From Methanobacteriota archaeon (GTDB lineage: Bacteria; Bacteroidota; Bacteroidia; Flavobacteriales_D; Sanyastnellaceae): a stretch of DNA of 64,000 bases. The DNA lies in the NCBI GenBank assembly GCA_002723115.1, contig PBNL01000024.1, positions 10,101 to 74,100 on the forward strand, read 5' to 3'. The translations under genes were made by a program, and so were the position numbers. Positions within the stretch are counted from its first letter, which is position 1. Every line of letters begins with the position of its first letter. Below are positions 37,857-47,277 of the stretch, piece after piece. A model generated the notes under the pieces. That model ran no database searches. It worked only from the letters and a program-made list of their open reading frames with translations, and was not told the DNA's origin.

Positions 37857-40099
37857 TACAGGTCTAGCGCTTCTTCTAATCCGTTGTCGTAGTATGCCGT
37901 TAACTGCTCACAGAACCCAAACGGCACATCATCAACAACCAGTTTACCCTTAGTCACGTGACCTAGCAACACAGCTGGAACGTCGTTTGCCTCACATATT
38001 TCATAGAATTCATCACAATCAGCCTCATCGATTGTTACAACGATTCTACCTTGGGCTTCTCCAAAAAGGAATCCATCTATTCTTAGTTCATCATCGCTAA
38101 CAATGTCAAAACCTAATTGGTTTGGCATAGACATCTCTAAAAGAGCAGTGAACAGTCCTCCATCACTTACATCGTGAGCTGCACTTACAAGTTTCATCTT
38201 GATAAGATCTCTGATGCACTTGTGAAGTTTGTGTTCTGCGTCAAGATTGAATTTAGGAGCTGGCGTATTCTTTTCTCCAATCATGTTAGCAAGGTATTCA
38301 GAAGCATTGATGCAATCTGACATTTCACCTACATGGAAGATGAGATCACCCTTCTGCTTAAACTCTAAAGACATGTGTTTTTCTCTATCCTCAATAACTC
38401 CAACCATGCCGATTGTAGGGGTTGGGAAAACGGCTTTAGCTGAGCCATCTGCATCTACAGTTTGGTTGTAGAAGCTTACGTTACCACCTGTTACTGGGGT
38501 GTTAAACTTTTCGCAAGATCTGCTCATTCCTTTGATAGCCCCAACGAATTGCCAGTAAACCTCTTTATTGTATGGGTTACCAAAATTTAAACAGTTTGTA
38601 ATTGCTGAAGGAGTTGCACCTGTACAGCTAATGTTTCTAGCTGCTTCTGCAACAGCAATTGCAGTTCCAGTTTCAGGATCAGCCTGTACATATCGAGAAT
38701 TACAATCAACAGTAAGCGCAAGACCTTTCTTCGTTCCACGAACAGAAACTACTCCAGCGTCTGACGGTCTGTTTGTTGTTCTATTCAATGTACCCACCAT
38801 GCTGTCGTATTGCTCCCAAACCCATTTCTTAGAAGCAATATTAGGCTGGCATATAAGATCGTGAGCAATGTCAACACATTCCTTAATTGATGGAACAGGT
38901 ACGCTTGATTGGTCGAATACTAGGTTCTCAGCAAACCAAGCAGGTTCTTCATATTCACGCTCGTATTGTGGGGCTCCTCCCCCAAGCACTAAAGGCGAAG
39001 CTGCTACTTGAGCAACGATCTCACCGTTTACAAAAAAGCGAATATCATCACCTTCTGTAACCTCACCGATGTGTTTGGCATGCAGATCCCACTTAGCAAA
39101 AATGTCCTCTACTACTTTTTCCTTGCCCTTTTCTACAACAACAAGCATTCTCTCCTGTGACTCAGAAAGTAGAATTTCAAATGGCTCCATATCAGCCTGG
39201 CGCAATGGCACTCTGTCAAGGTGGATATCCATACCCACTTCACCAGCAGCACTCATCTCAGAAGTCGAACAAGTGATACCAGCAGCACCCATATCCTGCA
39301 TACCCACAACCGCATCAGTTTTAGCTAATTCCAATGTTGCTTCAAGTAGAAGTTTCTCCTGGAAAGGATCTCCTACCTGAACAGATGGCAAATCATCTGC
39401 ACTGTCTTCAGTAATATCCTTTGATGCGAATGACGCGCCTTGGATTCCGTCTTTACCAGTATCTGAACCAACAATATAAACTGGGTTGCCAGGGCCTTTA
39501 GCTGTAGCCGAAATGATTTCGTCTACATTCAGAATTCCAGCAGACATAGCATTTACCAATGGATTTACCTGGTAGCATTCATCGAAGAATACCTCACCAC
39601 CTACTACAGGAATTCCAAAACTGTTACCATAATCTCCGATACCTTTAACGACACCCTCGAGATGCCATTTGGTTTTAGGGTTGTCTGGGTCACCAAACCT
39701 CAAGCTATTTAGCTGAGCTATTGGACGAGCACCCATTGTGAAAATATCCCTATTGATTCCACCAACACCTGTTGCTGCCCCTTGGTAGGGTTCGATAGCT
39801 GATGGGTGGTTATGAGATTCTATTTTAAAAGCACATCCTAGACCGTCACCAATATCAACAATTCCGGCATTTTCCTCACCAGCTTTAACAAGCATGTGAT
39901 CCCCCTCCTTTGGAAGCGTCTTAAGCCATTTGATTGAATTCTTATACGAGCAATGTTCACTCCACATTACAGAGTAAATACACATCTCTGTAAAATTGGG
40001 TGTTCTACCCATGATTTCTTTGATCTGATCGAACTCATCAGGAGTCAAACCCATCTCTTGGGCTTGTTCTAGTGTTGCAGGTTTTTGAGATGCCTTCAT
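37856..40099 (-). CDS. purL: phosphoribosylformylglycinamidine synthase subunit PurL
   Basis: 747 aa of the small-PurL type, with [16 protein letters not shown] and [21 protein letters not shown]. Confidence 0.95.
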   Translation of the reverse strand: MKASQKPATLEQAQEMGLTPDEFDQIKEIMGRTPNFTEMCIYSVMWSEHCSYKNSIKWLKTLPKEGDHMLVKAGEENAGIVDIGDGLGCAFKIESHNHPSAIEPYQGAATGVGGINRDIFTMGARPIAQLNSLRFGDPDNPKTKWHLEGVVKGIGDYGNSFGIPVVGGEVFFDECYQVNPLVNAMSAGILNVDEIISATAKGPGNPVYIVGSDTGKDGIQGASFASKDITEDSADDLPSVQVGDPFQEKLLLEATLELAKTDAVVGMQDMGAAGITCSTSEMSAAGEVGMDIHLDRVPLRQADMEPFEILLSESQERMLVVVEKGKEKVVEDIFAKWDLHAKHIGEVTEGDDIRFFVNGEIVAQVAASPLVLGGGAPQYEREYEEPAWFAENLVFDQSSVPVPSIKECVDIAHDLICQPNIASKKWVWEQYDSMVGTLNRTTNRPSDAGVVSVRGTKKGLALTVDCNSRYVQADPETGTAIAVAEAARNISCTGATPSAITNCLNFGNPYNKEVYWQFVGAIKGMSRSCEKFNTPVTGGNVSFYNQTVDADGSAKAVFPTPTIGMVGVIEDREKHMSLEFKQKGDLIFHVGEMSDCINASEYLANMIGEKNTPAPKFNLDAEHKLHKCIRDLIKMKLVSAAHDVSDGGLFTALLEMSMPNQLGFDIVSDDELRIDGFLFGEAQGRIVVTIDEADCDEFYEICEANDVPAVLLGHVTKGKLVVDDVPFGFCEQLTAYYDNGLEEALDL

Positions 40100-40186
40100 T
40101 TGAGCAAATTAATGCGATTAGTTTCAGGGTGTAAAGGTAGCAATGCAATCGTAGGACACAGCCATTTCTAGCTGTAACTTTCGCAC

Positions 40187-40639
40187 ATGAGAGCAGTAAT
40201 TCAGAGGGTAAGTTTTGCCAGTGTAAAAGTTGAGGGCACTTTGATAGGCCAAATTAATTCAGGCCTCCTTGTTTTACTAGGCATTGAGAGTGACGACAAC
40301 AACGATGACGTTAATTGGTTAGCTAGGAAAATAACTGGTATAAGGATTTTTTCTGACGATGAAGGCAAAATGAATCTTGACTTAGGCGGAGTAGACGGTG
40401 AATTATTAGTAGTAAGCCAATTCACTTTACATGCCACAACTAAGAAAGGCACCCGCCCCTCGTTCATTAAAGCTGCAAGGCCAGAACACGCAATTCCTCT
40501 GTATGAAAAATTCATTTCTGAATGCGAACTGATAATGGGGAAAAAGGTAGAGACTGGTATATTTGGAGCAATGATGGATGTTGAATTATTGAATGACGGA
40601 CCCGTCACAATAATGATTGACACAAAAAACAAAGAGTAA
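40187..40639 (+). CDS. dtd: D-aminoacyl-tRNA deacylase
   Basis: 150 aa with MRAVIQRV ..., SQFTL and the C-terminal NDGPVT motif. Confidence 0.93.
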   Translation: MRAVIQRVSFASVKVEGTLIGQINSGLLVLLGIESDDNNDDVNWLARKITGIRIFSDDEGKMNLDLGGVDGELLVVSQFTLHATTKKGTRPSFIKAARPEHAIPLYEKFISECELIMGKKVETGIFGAMMDVELLNDGPVTIMIDTKNKE

Positions 40640-40640
40640 T

Positions 40641-41435
40641 TTACCTAGGAATAATGCATACCGGAATTGGCTGCATTTTATGTTGATTCATCTTATTCAA
40701 TCTTGAATAAATTTCAAAAACCTCAGCTTCTCTTCCTCGAAGATTTTCATGTGATCCCTCACCTCTAGAAAAACTCTCCGCCTGTTTCATAGCTTTTTCG
40801 AGTTCAGGATATGTGGCTCCAATTTGGTCTTCATCATTGCGATCATCACCCCACAGACCATCTGTAGGAGCAGCATTTAAAATCGACTCAGGGACATTTA
40901 ATTTTTCACCAATCAAGTATACTTCTGACTTTACTAAATCTGCAATGGGACTTATATCGACTCCTCCGTCTCCATATTTGGTATAGAATCCCACACCAAA
41001 ATCCTCGATCTTATTTCCAGTTCCAACGACAAGAGCTCCCCTTTCTTGTGCAAGTACATAAAGAGTTGTCATCCTCAACCTAGCTCGAGTGTTGGCTAAA
41101 GCAAGACCATCTGATTTATCCTCAATTACAGGCAAAGCATTTTTCAATCCCTCATAAACTTCTGTCAGATTAATTTCTATAGAGGATACAGTATCATATT
41201 CACTAGTCAACTTTTCTATCAATTCATTTGACCTTAGTATTTCAGAAGACGCTTGATGGATAGGCATATTTACAAGAAAGGTTTGGCGACCTGTTCTTGC
41301 ACATAAAGAAGCAGTAACTGCTGAATCTATCCCACCTGAAACACCAACAACATATGCTGCAATTCCAGATTTGGCTGAATAATTATCCAACCAATTTTCA
41401 ATATGCTCAGCAATAGCTTCAGCGTTAAAAGACAT
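40641..41435 (-). CDS. nadE: ammonia-dependent NAD+ synthetase
   Basis: 264 aa with the PP-loop VVGVSGGIDSAV. Confidence 0.9.
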   Translation of the reverse strand: MSFNAEAIAEHIENWLDNYSAKSGIAAYVVGVSGGIDSAVTASLCARTGRQTFLVNMPIHQASSEILRSNELIEKLTSEYDTVSSIEINLTEVYEGLKNALPVIEDKSDGLALANTRARLRMTTLYVLAQERGALVVGTGNKIEDFGVGFYTKYGDGGVDISPIADLVKSEVYLIGEKLNVPESILNAAPTDGLWGDDRNDEDQIGATYPELEKAMKQAESFSRGEGSHENLRGREAEVFEIYSRLNKMNQHKMQPIPVCIIPR

Positions 41436-41444
41436 AAGGGCAAG

Positions 41445-42236
41445 TTAGAATATTAATCCTATTACAAACTCTAAAAACCTGTCATTTCCTTTAACCTGAG
41501 AAGTTTGAATATTACCATCTTCATAGAGTGGCAATCCGTTTTCACCAAGAATAAATTGTTCTACTTCTGGCTTATAGATATTCAGAAATCCAGCATTGAA
41601 ATTAAGCCCGGTAATTAAGGATGCATATTCTCCTAGGGTTCTTTCAACACCAACACCCACAATATATGAGGCTCTTAGAAGCTTGATATCATTGTTCACT
41701 GAAGTCTCTATGTGTTGATATGTGTTTGTCACAATTGGCTCCCATCCCCAACCCTCATCAACAAATTCATTCTTATTCTCAACATATGCACTTGCTTCAA
41801 TATTTAAGCCCAAACCACATCCAGCATTCGCGTAAAAAGTAGTGTATCCTATTTCCTTAGTTCTAGCTTTAATTGTCAATGGTATGTCTACATACTTAAG
41901 TGAAAAATCTCTTCTAGAACTATGGATATTAGCTAAGAATATTTCTTCCTCTAAATATTCCATAGTACCACCAGTATCAAAAACTCTAACCCCTGTACTA
42001 AAGGCAAGAGTTTCATTTTGTAAAAAATCCACAATTAACCCAAATCCAAAATTCCCATTCACCCCCTCAGTAAAATGGATGTCGTCCGTAGAATTCATCC
42101 AACTTACGTTAGGTGTAATTGCAAGTCCTAGCTTTACTTCTTGAGCAGTAAATTTCTCTTGAAATCCAATAAATAAAAAGGCCAATATTAAAATTGACAG
42201 CGAGTGGTTGTGAGTCGTTCGCATAAGTGTTCTCAT
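41445..42236 (-). CDS. outer-membrane beta-barrel (porin-family) protein
   Basis: Shows an alternating hydrophobic beta-strand pattern and a terminal F. The start is re-set to MRTLMRTTHNHSLSILILAFLFIG (signal peptide). The track's longer form overlaps gldB divergently. Confidence 0.55.
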   Translation of the reverse strand: MRTLMRTTHNHSLSILILAFLFIGFQEKFTAQEVKLGLAITPNVSWMNSTDDIHFTEGVNGNFGFGLIVDFLQNETLAFSTGVRVFDTGGTMEYLEEEIFLANIHSSRRDFSLKYVDIPLTIKARTKEIGYTTFYANAGCGLGLNIEASAYVENKNEFVDEGWGWEPIVTNTYQHIETSVNNDIKLLRASYIVGVGVERTLGEYASLITGLNFNAGFLNIYKPEVEQFILGENGLPLYEDGNIQTSQVKGNDRFLEFVIGLIF

Positions 42237-42273
42237 CTTTGCGTTTAATAAAGTAAAATTAATAGCAGTCAAC

Positions 42274-43326
42274 ATGGTATCAACCAAAATTCGCACCACT
42301 TTATTGAGGTGGCAATTGTGGACAATCGCATTGATGTGCCTTGCTTCATGTTCAGAAGACAAGTGGGCTGTTAATCCGGATGATGTTGATTTGGGCCGTG
42401 ACTTTGGAGTTCGAACTTTTCACCAAGACATTCGCAATTTACCCGAATCAGATACTGCTGCAGTTTCTAAATTAATTAGGGTTTACGGTGATTTTTGGGC
42501 TGATTATTCTGAGGACATTTTAAAAATAGGACCATATAATGATACGTCTACGGTTTCTGAATTGAGAAGATTTATATCTCATGAAAGCACTTTAGAAACA
42601 CTTAGAGCGATAGACACTACCTCTGGATCTGACACAAAAATTGCTGAGATCACTATAGAATTAGAGAATGGATTTAAAAGGTTTCATGCATTAATGCCGA
42701 CTGAACCTGTTCCAGACATAGTTCTAATGCCAAGTGGTTTCAACTTTGCCATATATCCAAGAGAGCACTATTTAGCAATTGGGTTAGAATGGTTCATTGG
42801 ACACGAGCATCCAATACTGGACAAACTACCACCTGATATGTTTCCTCAATACAGAAGGTTGAGAATGCATCCAGATCTAATTACTTCAAATGCGATGAGA
42901 GGTTGGATGTTGGTTCATTTTCAAAACAGAGGATATACAGGCAGAATGTTGTCAGACGACATTCTATACTGGGGTAAAGTACTGTGGTTGATGAGCAAGT
43001 GCATGCCTGACATGCACGATCATTTACTTATGGATTGGACCCCGAATCAGTTGAATTGGGCATTGGCAAACGAAGAAGCAATTTGGATTGAACTTCAACC
43101 TTCTGATGTAATCTTTGAAACTAATCGCACAATCTACAATAGGTGGATTACAGAAGGTCCGTTTACAAGAGCTGAATCAATCCCTCAAGAAAGTCCAGAC
43201 AAATTAGGCATATGGATGGGGTGGCGAATTATTGAAGACTACATGAACGCAAATCCTGAAAAAACTATTGAAGAGCTTTTTGACCAAAGGGATGCTTCAG
43301 AATTTTTAAGAACTTATAGACCATAA
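42274..43326 (+). CDS. gldB: gliding motility lipoprotein GldB
   Basis: Has the lipobox LASC and a C-terminal LGIWMGWRIIEDYMNANPEKTIEELF matching my recollection of the GldB signature. It is followed directly by gldC, and nadE is nearby as in Flavobacterium. Confidence 0.72.
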   Translation: MVSTKIRTTLLRWQLWTIALMCLASCSEDKWAVNPDDVDLGRDFGVRTFHQDIRNLPESDTAAVSKLIRVYGDFWADYSEDILKIGPYNDTSTVSELRRFISHESTLETLRAIDTTSGSDTKIAEITIELENGFKRFHALMPTEPVPDIVLMPSGFNFAIYPREHYLAIGLEWFIGHEHPILDKLPPDMFPQYRRLRMHPDLITSNAMRGWMLVHFQNRGYTGRMLSDDILYWGKVLWLMSKCMPDMHDHLLMDWTPNQLNWALANEEAIWIELQPSDVIFETNRTIYNRWITEGPFTRAESIPQESPDKLGIWMGWRIIEDYMNANPEKTIEELFDQRDASEFLRTYRP

Positions 43327-43328
43327 TC

Positions 43329-43658
43329 ATGGCTGAGAATAAAATTGAGATCAAAGTAACTACTGACGAAAACCACGTACCTACGGGCATTCATTGGACA
43401 GCTCCAAATGAAAAGATCAATGCCAAAAGCGCTAAAGCAATGACTCTTGTTTTTTGGGATGAAGAGAGTGGATCCTCAATGAATATGGATTTATGGATTA
43501 AAGAGATGAGTGTTGAGGAGATGAGACATTTCATATGCCAAAACATGATGCTACTCGCCGACACTTTTGAGCGATCAACAAATGATAAAGCGCACGCAGA
43601 TGCATTAAGAGGCTTCACAAAGGAGTTAGCAAAAAGGGTTGGCGTACTAGAAGAGTAA
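43329..43658 (+). CDS. gldC: gliding motility protein GldC
   Basis: 109 aa. The pattern IKVTTDENHVP..IHWTA....AKAMTLVFWD......MDLW.KEM.V.EM resembles F. johnsoniae GldC. It lies 2 nt after gldB. Confidence 0.7.
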   Translation: MAENKIEIKVTTDENHVPTGIHWTAPNEKINAKSAKAMTLVFWDEESGSSMNMDLWIKEMSVEEMRHFICQNMMLLADTFERSTNDKAHADALRGFTKELAKRVGVLEE

Positions 43659-44255
43659 GTTTGTTTGCTCGAAGAAATTTAGCAATTCTTCCCTTCCCTC
43701 TTTAGTCTCAGAAGAGGTAACAAATACTGGTGGCATTTTATACCATTGCTTCATCATTTCAGCAGTATATGCAGATTGAAATTCTGCTCTTTCAGTTTTG
43801 TTTAGTTTATCAACCTTGGTGAAGACTATTACAAAGGGCAATCCTTCTTCACCCATATAAGCCATAAATTCTAGATCTACTTTTTGAGGCTTCTGCCTAC
43901 TGTCTACCAGCATCATGATGCACATGAGATTGCGCCTTCCTTCTAAAAACTGTCTAGAGGTTCTTTCCCATTTTATCCTATCTTTTTTACTGACTTTGGC
44001 ATAACCAAAACCTGGTAAATCTGTCAAGTACCACGGTTCCTTTTCTTCATTAATTTCAAAATGATTTATCAGCTGTGTTTTTCCAGGAGTACTACTAATC
44101 TTAGCAATACTCTGGCGACCAACAATCATGTTTATCAATGACGATTTCCCAACATTTGATCTTCCTATAAAGGCATATTCAGGCTTATCCATAGGTGGGC
44201 ATTCCCTTGGATGGGCACTACTCTTAACAAAAGAAACTGAATGTATCTCCATCAC
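43647..44255 (-). CDS. yihA: ribosome biogenesis GTP-binding protein YihA/YsxC (EngB)
   Basis: Has EYAFIGRSNVGKSSLIN (G1), DLPGFGYA (G3) and TKVDK (G4). Confidence 0.9.
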   Translation of the reverse strand: MMEIHSVSFVKSSAHPRECPPMDKPEYAFIGRSNVGKSSLINMIVGRQSIAKISSTPGKTQLINHFEINEEKEPWYLTDLPGFGYAKVSKKDRIKWERTSRQFLEGRRNLMCIMMLVDSRQKPQKVDLEFMAYMGEEGLPFVIVFTKVDKLNKTERAEFQSAYTAEMMKQWYKMPPVFVTSSETKEGREELLNFFEQTNLLF

Positions 44256-45022
44256 CCAAGAGCAATTTCTCTAGAGTCATACCAACTCGATAGAATTTTA
44301 TTGAATTCTTCAGGGTGCTCCATCATGGGTGCATGCCCACATTCATCTATCCAAAACAAATCTGAATCCGGTAATTTTTCGTGAAATAGCTCACCAACAT
44401 CAGGTGGAGTAACAATATCATTTTTACCCCAAATCACACAAGATGGAATATTCATATTAGGTAGATCATCCTCCATGTTATGCCTAATTGCAGACTTTGC
44501 AATTGATAAAATTCTTAAGATTTTATTTCTATCATTCACTGCTTCAAAACACTCCTCAACTAATTCATCTGTAGCATGTTTGGGATCGTGAAATGTAACC
44601 TGGACCTTGTTGCGTATGTATTCTTTGTCTTCTCTTCTTGGAAAAGAGTTACCAAAGGCATTTTCATATAAACCACTACTAGCAGTTAATGTCATAGAAG
44701 CAACTCTATCTAAATGATTTTTCGTGAATATTAATGCCACATGGCCTCCTAGGCTGTTGCCTAATAAGTGAACTTTTTCAAGGTTCATATGATCTACAAA
44801 CCCTTTGATGTGTTTTGCTATTTCTTTAGCAGATGTCTTTCGAAGTGGTAAGTCATAAATCGGCAACATTGGAGTAAGCACTCTGAACCTTTTGCTAAAG
44901 TGTTCTCTTACGCTTTCAAAATTGCTTAGTGCACCAAATAACCCATGGAGAATCACCATTGGTTCACCGGCTCCTTCATCTAAATATCTAAACTCACCTG
45001 ACTCTAATACAGTAGCTTCCAT
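44252..45022 (-). CDS. alpha/beta hydrolase fold protein
   Basis: 256 aa with ILHGLFG, a nucleophile elbow GNSLGG and a C-terminal CGH. Confidence 0.72.
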   Translation of the reverse strand: MEATVLESGEFRYLDEGAGEPMVILHGLFGALSNFESVREHFSKRFRVLTPMLPIYDLPLRKTSAKEIAKHIKGFVDHMNLEKVHLLGNSLGGHVALIFTKNHLDRVASMTLTASSGLYENAFGNSFPRREDKEYIRNKVQVTFHDPKHATDELVEECFEAVNDRNKILRILSIAKSAIRHNMEDDLPNMNIPSCVIWGKNDIVTPPDVGELFHEKLPDSDLFWIDECGHAPMMEHPEEFNKILSSWYDSREIALG

Positions 45023-45219
45023 AGGTTCACATTTATGGGTGCCAAGCTACACCACATATGTTTCATATCAAGACTTATGTAGTCTTAAACATCCACTTTG
45101 CGTTGTTCACATCGATTGTTGATATCCTGTTGATTTCGGAAAAACTCAATTTTCCCTACCGCCTGTAATCGCTTGTTATTCATGGGTTTCTAACTAATCG
45201 TTGTTAAACACTTTTCCAC

Positions 45220-45258
45220 AAAGTGGTAGAAAGTGTCAAATCGTGGGAATATGTGGTA
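45220..45258 (+). promoter_or_regulatory. candidate MraZ operator (four GTG[G/T] boxes at 10-bp spacing)
   Basis: GTGG at 45223, GTGT at 45233, GTGG at 45243 and GTGG at 45253, about 45-80 nt upstream of the mraZ ATG. Confidence 0.55.
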
Positions 45259-45267
45259 AATCTTAAT

Positions 45268-45275
45268 TAATTTTG
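45268..45275 (+). promoter_or_regulatory. candidate -7 promoter box (TAATTTTG) of the dcw operon
   Basis: Exact fit to TAnnTTTG, 25 nt upstream of the mraZ ATG and just downstream of the box array. Confidence 0.4.
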
Positions 45276-45299
45276 AATCCACAACTCACTGTTGAGATT

Positions 45300-45785
45300 A
45301 TGCTAAACCTACTCGGAGAACACAACTGTAAAATCGACGCTAAAGGGCGTTTGATGTTCCCTGCGCGATTACGTAGGCAGTTAGAAAGTGTTATACATCA
45401 CGGCTTAGTTATTAATCGAGACATATTTGAAAACTGCTTAGTTCTATACCCTAAACCAGAATGGGATAAGGTGAATGCTGAAATGACTCAATTAAGTCGC
45501 TATAACAGAAAACACCAGTTGTTTCAGAGAAAGTTCATGAAGGGTGCAACTCTTGTAGATTTAGATTCTTCTGGAAGGCTAAATGTTCCAGCGGCACTTT
45601 TAGAACATGCAGGCATAGATCTCTCAAAAGGGAATGAGGTAATTGTCTCAGGACTTGGAGAGAAAGTAGAAATATGGACAGTTGATGCTTACCAGGCTCA
45701 AGTCCTTTCCGATACCGACGACTTCGATTTTGGAGATCTCGCTGAGGATGTACGAAAAGACATAGACCCAAACCTGCTGACGTGA
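45300..45785 (+). CDS. mraZ: transcriptional regulator MraZ
   Basis: Has two SpoVT/AbrB-like halves with DAKGRLMFPA and DSSGRLNVPA. The ATG at 45300 (MLNLLGEH) is preferred over the track's TTG at 45273. Confidence 0.9.
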   Translation: MLNLLGEHNCKIDAKGRLMFPARLRRQLESVIHHGLVINRDIFENCLVLYPKPEWDKVNAEMTQLSRYNRKHQLFQRKFMKGATLVDLDSSGRLNVPAALLEHAGIDLSKGNEVIVSGLGEKVEIWTVDAYQAQVLSDTDDFDFGDLAEDVRKDIDPNLLT

Positions 45786-46717
45786 TGACAGACCAAACCT
45801 ACCACGTGCCGGTTCTACTAGACGCCTCGATCGAGGCTCTTAGCCTCGGCGACGGCGGAGGGGATTGGATGGATGCAACTTTTGGGGGTGGCGGTCATAG
45901 CCGTGTAATTCTTAGCAAACTAAGTGAGGATGGGAGATTGTTTGGGTTTGATCAAGACCCTGATGCAGTTTCAAACAGCATAGATGATCCTAGGTTCACA
46001 TTAGTTGAATCAAACTTCAGATATGCCAAACAATTTTTGAGCATACACGGTGTCAAAGAACTGTCTGGAATGCTCGCTGATCTTGGCGTTTCGTCTCACC
46101 AATTCGACACTGCAGATAGAGGGTTCTCTTTGAGAATGGAAGGCCCTTTAGACATGAGAATGAACCATTCTTTAGGAAGGTCAGCATCTGAATTAATAAA
46201 AGAATCAACTTGGGAAGAATTAATGGTTGTCTTGAGAATGTACGGGGAAGTGAACAGGCCCGACAAACTCGCAAGAACCATTAAAGCCGCTTCTGACATC
46301 TCGCCCATCAACACCACTAATGACCTTATTAAGGCTATTAATACACACGCTCCAGGTGGAAGGGAGAATAAATTTTATGCTCAGGTTTTTCAAGCATTGA
46401 GGATAGAAGTTAACGATGAGCTTGGTGCGCTTAGAGATTTGTTAGAACAGGCTACTCAACTCATTAAGCCTGGTGGGAGATTAGCAATAATCTCCTACCA
46501 CAGCTTAGAGGATAGGCTTGTGAAGCACTTTATGAGATCTGGGAATTTTGAGGATAAGGTTGAGAAGGATATAAAAGGACAAACTCTTGCCCCTTTCAAA
46601 CAAGTTGTTCGAAAAGCTATTGTCGCGACACCTGAGGAAGTAGCGGACAACCCCAGAGCTAGATCTGCTAGACTTAGAGTTGCTGAAAGAACCACATACA
46701 CACCATTAGCATGTTAA
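45785..46717 (+). CDS. rsmH: 16S rRNA (cytosine1402-N4)-methyltransferase
   Basis: Has YHVPVLL, DATFGGGGHS, DLGVSSHQ and ISYHSLEDR motifs. Its ATG overlaps the mraZ TGA. Confidence 0.93.
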   Translation: MTDQTYHVPVLLDASIEALSLGDGGGDWMDATFGGGGHSRVILSKLSEDGRLFGFDQDPDAVSNSIDDPRFTLVESNFRYAKQFLSIHGVKELSGMLADLGVSSHQFDTADRGFSLRMEGPLDMRMNHSLGRSASELIKESTWEELMVVLRMYGEVNRPDKLARTIKAASDISPINTTNDLIKAINTHAPGGRENKFYAQVFQALRIEVNDELGALRDLLEQATQLIKPGGRLAIISYHSLEDRLVKHFMRSGNFEDKVEKDIKGQTLAPFKQVVRKAIVATPEEVADNPRARSARLRVAERTTYTPLAC

Positions 46718-47277
46718 AGTGGTTTAAAAAAAATAACAAGCCTGAAAATTCAGGAACAGGTGGTAATCGAAGATTATCTGGCGAACAAAAAGCTGCTCGT
46801 GAAGAAGCAAAAATGCTAGCACAAAAAGCTGCAGAAGATGCTTTAAAAGCAAAGGCTGAAAAGGTGAAAGAGGCTAGAGAAAAAGCCGCTAGATCTTCTG
46901 CTGAAAACCGGGCTAAAATTGTTGAAGAACAACGCAAGAAACGTGCTGAAGCCAATGCTACAGGAAAAATATTGAGAGATATAATAAGCGGTAGATTCTT
47001 AACTGGAGAAGGTGTTATTGCTCACATACCATTTCTTCTTTTCCTATGTGGGATTTTTTTGGCGAACATCAGTTTGGGCTACAAATTTGAAAATATAGAG
47101 CGCGATAAAATGAAAACAAAAAGAGCGCTTGAAGAGGTGAACGCTGAATATAAAACTCTGATGTCAGATTTAGAATCTAGACTTCAGCAGAGTCGAGTGG
47201 AGGAGGCTATTAAGGATTTGGGGTTAGAGCAGCCATTGAGTCAACCAATACTTTTAGAAGAGAACGGGGATGAGTAA
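46711..47277 (+). CDS. ftsL: FtsL-like cell-division protein with extended N-terminal charged region
   Basis: Sits between rsmH and ftsI, with a single TM (HIPFLLFLCGIFLANISLGY) followed by a coiled coil. An N-terminal region of about 75 aa is K/A/E-rich. Confidence 0.6.
   Translation: MLKWFKKNNKPENSGTGGNRRLSGEQKAAREEAKMLAQKAAEDALKAKAEKVKEAREKAARSSAENRAKIVEEQRKKRAEANATGKILRDIISGRFLTGEGVIAHIPFLLFLCGIFLANISLGYKFENIERDKMKTKRALEEVNAEYKTLMSDLESRLQQSRVEEAIKDLGLEQPLSQPILLEENGDE

Noticed and set aside
40201-40632. 143-aa minus-strand ORF covering almost all of dtd.
   Set aside because: dtd on the plus strand has unmistakable family motifs. The antisense product is S/I/L/N/P-rich with no recognisable features. 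It is treated as a chance open frame in AT-rich sequence.
46674-46955. 93-aa antisense ORF opposite the ftsL-like gene.
   Set aside because: It is a by-product of the repetitive GCT/GAA/AAA codons that encode the K/A/E-rich extension. The translation is A/S/F low-complexity.
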